NCBI GenBank assembly: GCA_964016885.1
Contig: OZ024740.1
Span: 213,280,001 to 213,344,000, forward strand
Source of the DNA: Eledone cirrhosa
Taxonomy: Eukaryota
DNA: 64,000 bases
Reading direction: 5' to 3'
In this document: positions 54,133 to 64,000 of the stretch, piece after piece
Numbering within the stretch: position 1 is the first letter of the stretch
How the letters are laid out: every line of letters starts with the position of its first letter
The notes under the pieces: generated by a model
Databases searched by the model: none
What the model saw: the letters and a program-made list of their open reading frames with translations, nothing else
Told to the model about the DNA's origin: nothing
Translations under genes and position numbers: made by a program

Positions 54133-56577
54133 GTCTATCAAAGTTCATTCGTCACACATCTGTGACATCATCAGTGGTGCTATTATGTTTCCTCCGGGAT
54201 GGTGGAGTAGTGTGTCTACCTACAGATAAATCTGGTAGGGTGTCAATAGACAGCATGCCGAACTACATCAAGGCTATGTAACCCCACATCATCAACACGA
54301 GCGAAACAACACAATAGACACATGAGGAAAGAGAAAAGATCCTCAATGCTCACATGATGATGTGGACGGACATCCTAAAGCCAGGTAGACGCACAGCCAA
54401 TAATTTCCAAGCCTCCAGCAATGACATACCACCCTTGTATGAGCTCCACAAAGACCATAAAACAACTAACGGCCCTATGACAGGACCACCAACAAGATCT
54501 GTATACGGAGCCAATATTGCCAGTAACTACAGGATCTCCTACTTACTCTCTACGGTTATACGCCCCATAATTAAGATGTCCCCAGATATATGCGACAGCA
54601 CAGAGGACCTCCTCAGTAGAATCAATGAATGCAACAACGAAAACTTAACAAACTGCATAATAGGCAGTATGGATGTAGTGTCCTGTACCCATCCATTGAC
54701 ATTGATTTGGCTGTGGAAAAATGTATGGAAGTAATCAGTGAGAGTGAAGTGGAGTTGTGCGACGTTGACACGGATGAACTGGGACTCCTACTTGAACTAT
54801 CTTATGACACTGTACTTAGATAATTATGACCTTAGCTGTTTCTGTCCCAGTAGACCTATAAGAGGTAGACCCCCCCCCCTACCACCACAACCACCACCAC
54901 CATAACCTCAATGGCTAAAAAGACTCCCATGGGAAGATGGAAATGATGGACCAAAGCCATACGGACACCCCCAAAACAACAATCAGGTGAGAAAAATAGT
55001 CGCACATGCAGTAGGGGCTAGTATTAAAACTACCCTAAAGGCCACATGTTTAAATTTAATGAGAAAAAGCAACACCTAGAATGAGGGAGCAGCCATTGGC
55101 GTCAGCATAGCTGGCGATGTTGCCAACCTATTTATGATATGGTCGGAAAGGAGACTCAGAGAACTCCATAGCCCTTGTCATGTACAGTCGTTACGTAGAC
55201 GATATCAATATAATAATAAGAACACCCCCACAGGAGAGTATCAATAAACCTGCACTAGAAAATAGCACAATGGAGAGCATCCAGCAGATAGGTAGCTCCA
55301 TACACCAGAGTATAACTATAACTATTGACTACCCTTCTAAACACCCTAACAATAAACTACCAGTATTAGACACGGAACTCTTGTTAAACATTATAAACGA
55401 GAGGGCCCAAATTCTCCACTCACACTATGCTAAACCCATGGCCTCCAAATACCTTATACTTAAAAACTCAGCAATGTCCAAATAGTGCTAAGTTTAATAT
55501 CCTGATCGCAGACTTGGTACGAGTGATGAAGAACGTGTCCCGCATGTGAAACCCAACTGAAATGGAAAGACACATCCAACACTTCATCAATCGTATGCAG
55601 TTCTCTGGCTACAACCAAAGAGTCAGAATCAGAGTATACAAAGGAGCCACAGGGAAATATAAGACCCTCATAGAAATGGACATGAAAGGGATTTGTCCAT
55701 TATACAGGAGCAAATCATGGAATAGCTTAGATAGGACTAAACATAAGATAGAGAAAGCCACTTCATGGTACGACAACCAAAGATACCAGAGTGTTATGTT
55801 TCTGGATGCTACCCCTGGAGGGAAATTAGCTAAGCAATGTAGAAAGGCCCCAAGAAAGACCCATCTAAAGATTAAAGTGGTAGAAAAGCCAAGAACTACC
55901 ATAAAATCCCGATCAGCAAAACTCACTGTACGAATAAGAAATGTGTTATATGTAGAATGAACTCTCATATAATTAGCAAAACTAGAAATGTAGTCTATAG
56001 CATAAGATGTACAGAGGGTTCTTGCAGAAACATGACAACGACATACATAGGTGAGACAGCTCGAAGGATAGGAGAGAGAATAGACCAACACTGGGGGGAA
56101 CTAAAAGGACAAAAAGACGGTTCAGTACTATATGAACACGCCAGACAAAGACATGATGGTAATATAGACAACATAGAAATTAAAATATCTAAACATAGAA
56201 ATGACACAACGGATCAGAGAAGCAACTGAAATAGAGCTAAGAAAACCAAAGTTGAACAGAAAAAACGAATGGAATAACAACAACCATACCCAAACACACA
56301 GTACTGACCTAAGATAAATATAAGTAAATAAATAAATATATACACAAATACAATAAGAACAAACACACATAAACACACACTAGTGAACAAAGATAGAATA
56401 CAAAACACATAGTCTCAAACACGAACACACGCACACAAGCGCATGCACAACCAGAGACAGAGACAAGAATAAATAAATAAAATAAAAATTGCGTAGACAT
56501 TACCATACAACGGGAGGAAACATAATAATACCATTGATGATGTCCCAGATGTGTGACGAAAGAGCTTTGATAGACTA
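54133..56577 (+). mobile_element. Degraded Penelope-like element (RT and GIY-YIG) with an inverted 5' copy of its terminal repeat
   Basis: PPLYELHKDHK..PPTR, IIGSMDV, LYPSI, GAAIGVSIAGDVANLFM, YSRYVDDINII, LPVLDTEL, HYAKPMAS, NVVYSIRC..YIGETARRIGERIDQH; 54133-54200 is the reverse complement of 56510-56577. Confidence 0.9.
56530..56572 (+). ncRNA. Degenerate hammerhead in the PLE terminal repeat (mirror copy on the minus strand at ~54138-54178)
   Basis: Combining both copies gives CCA-CTGATGA-T-GTCAC(AGATGT)GTGAC-GAAA-GAGCTT-TGAT; each copy has a core mutation. Confidence 0.45.
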
Positions 56578-57343
56578 TATACATATATTCATATCTGTAT
56601 TTTTAACCGTTGGTCAATCAATGATAAACATTGATTGTCAGATAAATTAGCTATGGATATATAAAAGATACAGGAGCGAAAACCAACCCAAACCAAATAA
56701 ACAGTGAGTGTGTTTTATTATTATTTGTGGCAATATTATAACAATATGACCCTCCCCAAATATAACAATATATATATATGTGTGTGTGTGTGCGCGCGTG
56801 TGTGTGTGTACGTGCGCGCGTGTGTGTGTGTGTATAAACTTAAGAAAATTAACAAAGAAAGGACAAGACAACGAACGAAAACAATTTTTTAAGAGGAAAC
56901 ATTTAAAAATTATTTCTATAAATAATAATACAAACGAAAGACAGAGCTACAGGGTCATCGGCCATTGAGGTGGGCTTCGGCAGTTACGACTTCTACCAAC
57001 GGTACTGCTGGTTCACCCGGGGTCACAGTTCCAGACACAAGCCAAACACTGTCCAGTGGAGTAAGAGACGAGACAAAACATTAATTTACAGCAATTAAAC
57101 TACAAGTACACATAGAATTTTGTTATGTCAAGGAAAAACGTGTGGTGCCTCTTATAACACGAGAGTCATAAATGAAAAAGAAAGTAAGAAAGTAAGAAAT
57201 CGTGTTAAAAAATGTGTAAGCCATTGCAATAAATGTGGGGAGAAGATAGTATTGATAAAATTAAGAAAATTATGTATATATATATAGAGAGAGAGAGATA
57301 TAGATATATATAGATATATACATAATTTTCTTAAGTTTATCAA

Positions 57344-57414
<71 letters not shown>

Positions 57415-58144
57415 GATAGAGAGAGAGAGAGAGATTCAGCGAGAATCGCATTTCGGCGGGTAGAAATGGCGAAACAAAACGCAAAAATCAGAAATGATAC
57501 TGACAAGCGCTCAATAGTTAAAAAACCAGAGCTAAACAATATGTTAAGAGGCCATACAAAACTGAAATAGTGGTCAAGAAAGCATCAACCACCTAAGCCA
57601 AAAAGCAAATCAAGCTAAACAGGTCAAAACAAAATAAATGATAAAAAATACAGACCTGGACCCGTTGGAATTGATGTTAAAATCCAAATGCAGGGTTTCT
57701 ATGACACCTAAATCAAAATACTGTCTGCTTAAAAATATAAGCTTTAGGTATAATGATCGAACATATATATATATATATATAATAAATTCAAAGGGTATAT
57801 ATATATATATATATAAATTAGACAAAGTCACAGATACATATATGCGTTTGGCAACCATTCACGGTGTGGCTCAATGAAGAATTAATTAAATAATTATTAA
57901 TCGGAGCAATTTATAAAAATGTAAGTCCAAAGAATCATTAGATAAAATATATACAGTATTTCCTCTCCCAATCAATATAAATTAACCACACAAAAAATCA
58001 TTTAAACGAGGCTATAAGATTAAAATGTACTTATGAAGAAATAATAGACAAATGATACAGATTCTTTTCCGCGATGTACAACCATATGACATTTACCTAG
58101 TATTTCTCCTAGCCTGTAGAAACACGCACACACACACACATACA

Positions 58145-58185
<41 letters not shown>

Positions 58186-58288
58186 CACTATTTACATAAC
58201 AACTATCGATCAGTCACCATATCGATAACGATCGTAAAACAATGGATTGATTGCTACCTCACATTATTTATTCTTTCACACACACACA

Positions 58289-58339
<51 letters not shown>

Positions 58340-58444
58340 TACACCCAATTGCTAATGTACTACTGTGTTGCCTGTCACATTCAGTCATAGCCGACACAGA
58401 CTGGAATCGAATTCTGTCGATCGATTGGTTATTGATTAGGTGAA

Positions 58445-58557
58445 ACCTGCTGATGAAGCGACATGCGCCGATTGTGCATTGTTGCATAATAAATGCAGGC
58501 AGTGAATGCTGTGTACTCTATTGCTGCATTAAGTGTGGCCGAAACTCGAGTACGGGT
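58445..58557 (+). ncRNA. Hammerhead ribozyme candidate with ~85-nt stem II
   Basis: ACCTG-CTGATGA-AGCGACAT...GTGTGGCC-GAAAC-TCGA-GTA^CGGGT; 5-bp stem I, palindromic stem III ACTCGAGT. Confidence 0.7.
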
Positions 58558-58699
58558 ATAGATTTGAGGTACCCATTTACGTGTGCTGTATTGAAGTAAA
58601 TAACTCTGTATCTACTCTGGCATTTTACATAACATTACCTATTGAGTATGATTTATTTTTTTAGAAAAGTGGATGATGGAGCGCGTCTACCTGAAATGG

Positions 58700-60140
<1,441 letters not shown>

Positions 60141-60149
60141 GTGTGTATA

Positions 60150-61490
60150 TATGTTATCTCTTTCTCTTAATTTCGAGTATATTTTTTGACCGGCCACCTT
60201 CCTGATGGCAAGGTTGTAAAAAAAAAGAAATTGTCATCCCTTGGATCGCAAGAATGTTTTGCAAATTTTGAAGGCGCCAGCTATCGCAGCCATTTGTAGA
60301 CTATGAATTAGGGAGCTGCGCTCTTTGTCCGCAAATCCAAGTTCAGTCATACTTTGGTCCAAGCGGGTTAGTATATAACCCGTAGCTCCAATAATGATGG
60401 GTATGAAGCTAAAGGTGTATCTTGGATACTGGATTTGTAAACTCCTCATCAATGGTCCGTAGATGTCCTCCTTCTCTTGTATTTTTCTGACAACGTTTAC
60501 ATCAAGTGGGCAGCTGATCTCCACAACAGAACACGTTTTCAATGTGTGGTCCCAAACTACAATATCAGGCCGGTTGTGCTTTAATTTGGTGGCAGTTTTT
60601 ATTTTCAGGTTCCACCAGTATTCCTTAGTGCCATCTGTCTCAATATATTCTTCCTCGTTTGTTGTTAATTTTGTTTTCCGAAGTGCGTTCCAGATGGTTC
60701 TAGCTATCCCATCGTGTCTCATGGGGAGGTAGTAGCGAGATGACATTCTTTCGCAGCTGGCAACAATGTGGCTTACATCTTCGATCTTTGTTTTACATAG
60801 CCTACATTTATTGTCAGCTGATGGCCCTCCTCTTTTGTGCAGCAGATATTTGGTAGGGAGTTCTTGTTCCTGTATTACATAGAGATATCCCTCAAGGTGT
60901 GATGTCATAAACTTGTGGGAACTCCATGCCAGGCTTTTTGAGTGGTTTACCCTCTCTATGGTCTGTGTTTTACGTCTCAAGTATCCATGCACAACTTTTT
61001 CTGTAAATTGGTCAATTTTTTCATCTTGTTTGAACATTGAATAGGATCTTCCGATTTCTCTGGGTGAGAAATTTATATCAGGCTTTATTCTATATATCTC
61101 CTCCAGATCAGTGGCTATCCTAATGATTTTTTTTTTCATGCTCATAAACCTGGGCAAGATGGTTGCCAACCTTTTTCCTCTGTTGAAGATGTTGCTTCAG
61201 TGTTACTATCCGGGTCTCATATGATGTTAATATGGATTTTAGACCCCGGCCACCTTCCTTGCATGAGAAGTATAGCCTATCCACATCACCATTGATGTTA
61301 AAGTTCCCAGTAACATTGAGAAGTTTGCGAGTTCTAACATCCATCTCACTTAGTTCTTGCAATGACCAGTTCAGCAGGCCAAATGTTGGCGTTAGAATTG
61401 GCACAGCATAAGTATTGTGGGCAATGTATTTGTTGTACGCTGACAGTTCTGATGACCATATTTTCTTTACTCTTCTGAGGTATTCGGTTC
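60150..61490 (-). mobile_element. 5'-truncated non-LTR retrotransposon with restriction-like endonuclease (R4/Dong-like)
   Basis: EGGRGL thumb motif; CRLCKTKIEDVSHIVASC (CCHC), RHD, HNRPDIVVWD, VVEISCP, EKEDIY, PIIIGATG; one frameshift in a poly-A run near 61130. Confidence 0.88.
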
Positions 61491-62336
61491 TGATGTATAT
61501 AATATTTTCCTCTTTTCCTCCTTTCTATTTTTACTCCTTTTAGCTAAGCTAATGTTTCCTGTATAACGAAATACTCCTATATTTTACCGGCGAAGATTCG
61601 AAACCGAATCTGAGGTTTCTCGCCTCTGAGACCACCCATTATTGGAAAGTTCCCACCATTGTCCTGTCAAGACAGCGATGATAAACATACATTCCACTTG
61701 ACCTCTAATCCCAGCTTCCTGGGAGACAATATCCACATGGCTGATCATAAATCAACCTCATATACACATCCTTCTAACCATAGCACTATTATAAATACAA
61801 GTAGTTAAGGAATTTAAGGGCCAGAGAGACCGAAGCAAGCAGTCCGTGTTAAGGTTAACGATATAGCAGACCTTTCACTCTATCTCTCTCTCCTGGTCTC
61901 ACTGGTTATCACCTTCTCGGCCACAGACACAAACAAACCCGAAGCAGCAGTCAGTGAGAGATAATCATGTAGGTATCAGCAGACCTTTTACCCTTTCTCT
62001 CTCCTGGCCCTTACTGGCTCTCACCTTATCGGCCACAGACACAGCCAGACAGCCAGACATTAAGCAGCACCCTTAAGACGAATAATGTATTCTAAGAATA
62101 GACACACACACACACAGTAAGTCCATATTGATTACATTCTACGCTTATTCTATTCTCCCGTATCACTGTGAGATTGTAACATCGTATTGATACATACATT
62201 CACGCTAGCTCGAGTAGCTAGCAAATTAATGTCGGAATAATTCATGTCATAAATATTATTACTCGATGTTCAAAGTGAGTATTGTTATTATAAAATAAAC
62301 GTTGTTAACTCAATCATGGCATTATCCTTTTCAACA
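61491..62336 (+). mobile_element. Possible solo LTR
   Basis: TGATG...CAACA ends, TATAAAT at ~61790, internal ~110-bp direct repeat (61865/61978), AATAAA near 62295; no TSD seen. Confidence 0.3.
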
Positions 62337-62547
62337 AACTACCATACAAAGAATATCAATAATCTGCTACACCTGCATTTCTATATTTTCCTTTTCAACT
62401 GAAGCACATTGGTTTATAGCATTTTTGTCTTTATTTGTGTAATTCGCAGAAAAGCACAACTTTTTCTGTCTCCCGGTTTTGTTGCATTCCAATCTGTACT
62501 GGAACGAATAGAATCAACCTTCAATTACTGAAACTATAGTTATTCAG

Positions 62548-62670
62548 AAGGTGCGTGGGTTATTGGTTATAGAATTGGATTAGCAATCGTGAGGTTGTGA
62601 GTTCGATTCTCGGACCGGGTGATGCGTTATATCATTGAGCAAGATACTTTATTTCACGTTGTTCGTATTA
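62548..62670 (+). mobile_element. tRNA-derived SINE head
   Basis: GGTGCGTGGGTTATTGGTTA (A box)..GAGGTTGTGAGTTCGATTCTC (B box)..TTGAGCAAGATACTTTATTTCACGTTG. Confidence 0.65.
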
Positions 62671-63242
62671 GCAATTGGGAAGACTAATGGAAATATTGTT
62701 TTGACGAAAGTCGATCGAATGTCGATAGTTATTCCCAGAGGTTTACTGACGAAAAAGGAGTGTTTGTTTTTCCGTTGTCTTATGTAATTTACCTAGAAAA
62801 GAACACCTAATGACAGAAGCATCATCGTAATTCAGAGACGGATTTAATGGAGGGCAAAGGGAGAAATTGTATCGGGTTCCCTCCCCAAAAAAACTGAAGT
62901 GCCTTGGGCCCCAAAAGGTCTAAATTCGGTCCTGATTATAGAAAGATCTGAGGAAGATGAAAAACATGCGATGGTCGAATACATTCACTGATAATCACTT
63001 TACCTTTGACGACAAAACAATGTACAGCTTGTTCAAACAGGTGTTGGGTCTTTACCAATCAACTATTGATCCTCTCTGCTCTGAAGACGGGTCCATTTTG
63101 CTTAGTGATAATTAAGTCTGAAGTGATCCTCTTTCATAACAACATCCACAATAGATGAAGGGTCAGAAGACCTTCTTCGACACAATGTTATCAAAGAAAT
63201 AGACAACAGTTCTAATATAGAATTAAAATCTATTATTACCCA

Positions 63243-63432
63243 GGTGGATTGGCAGTATCGGTAGAGGGTCGGGCGCCATGCTTTGCAGCATTGAGTTACG
63301 ACTCTTTATGGTCTAAGTTCAAATCCCGCTGAAATTAACTTTGCCTTTCATCCTTACGAGGTGGATAAAATAAGTACCGGTAATGCACTGGGATAATTGT
63401 TGGCCTTGTGCCAACAGTAGAAACAATTATTG
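63243..63432 (+). mobile_element. tRNA-derived SINE, near full length
   Basis: TGGCAGTATCGGTAGAG..AGTTCAAATCCCGC..CTTTGCCTTTCATCC..GATAAAATAAGTACC..GGCCTTGTGCC..TAGAAACAATTATT. Confidence 0.7.
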
Positions 63433-64000
63433 CTCAGACCAATTCAGGTAAAACACCAAGAATATACGACATACCTGTTGGGGTTATTAAACATGATAAG
63501 AATGTAATGGCTGATCTTGTGACCTCGCTGATCGTCAACGAGTGGAATGTGTCACTGATTCAACAATACTGTGATTCTGTGGTAATTTTCCTGGTATTTC
63601 CTTACTGGTAAAAGTTGGGAAGATATTCATCAGATTCTTACTGGATCACCTACAGACACACCTATGACCTATTATTGTCGAGGGGATCTCAATGTAGATT
63701 TAGATCGGGTAGAGGAATCACGTATACTGTATATACTCCAACATAAGTCGAAGAATTTCTGACCCCCAAATATCGATAGTAGAATGAGAATCTGGCTTAT
63801 ATACACCATCTAAAAAATGTGTTCATTAGCTGCCTTCGTTTATAAATGGTGTTTGGTTATTCGCCTATTTTTTATACTTTTTCTTTTTCTTCTTCGTCGT
63901 TGTCGTCGTGGCGGCAGAATTCTCAAACACTCCTTCCAACGGGTCCTTTCAGAAGCAACCATCTCCAACTGATCCGGCTGGATCCCCAAACGAGGAGAAG

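Larger units (their letters stand above)
53925..56770. repeat. Inverted ~185-bp repeat pair (53925-54108 / 56590-56770) outside the PLE; partial third copy at 19453-19512
   Basis: ATATTGTTATATTTGG.GAGGGTCATATTG...CAATCAATGTTTATCATTGATTGACCAACGGTTAAAAATACAGATA and its reverse complement. Confidence 0.85.

Noticed and set aside
62548-62620. Possible tRNA gene
   Set aside because: A/B boxes are present but no clean cloverleaf, and it continues into SINE body sequence.
63408-63800. ORF PTVETIIAQTNSGKTPRIYDIPVGVIKH and nearby IIVEGDLNVDL
   Set aside because: Probably very old LINE RT/endonuclease scraps; too degraded to delimit or classify.

Overview
AT-rich, repeat-saturated eukaryotic (metazoan) genomic DNA. 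The SINE/RTE/microsatellite complement resembles a cephalopod such as Octopus, but this is an inference. The only host coding sequence I can support is the first coding exon of a CDK4/6-type kinase on the minus strand (40874-41121). A candidate non-coding first exon/promoter lies near 50980-51150, and I found no next coding exon, so positions 1-40873 are probably one >40 kb intron. The rest is five large minisatellites (70, 39, 23, 71 and 26 bp units), long (TA)n/(TACA)n tracts, many RTE LINE pieces, a Tx1/L1 relic, an R4/Dong-like RLE retrotransposon, at least three distinct Penelope-like elements, two non-autonomous Helitrons, piggyBac- and Tc1/pogo-type MITEs, tRNA-type SINEs and a 5S fragment. 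Highlights: (1) several hammerhead ribozymes, one with a perfect upstream anti-core hairpin and two with long stem-II inserts sharing a 14-nt motif; (2) three minisatellites whose TE parent sequences are visible in the window; (3) a 5'-inverted (twin-priming-like) RTE insertion with a reconstructable empty site; (4) many inverted duplications bounded by (TA)n tracts. All coordinates and alignments were read by eye and not computed.
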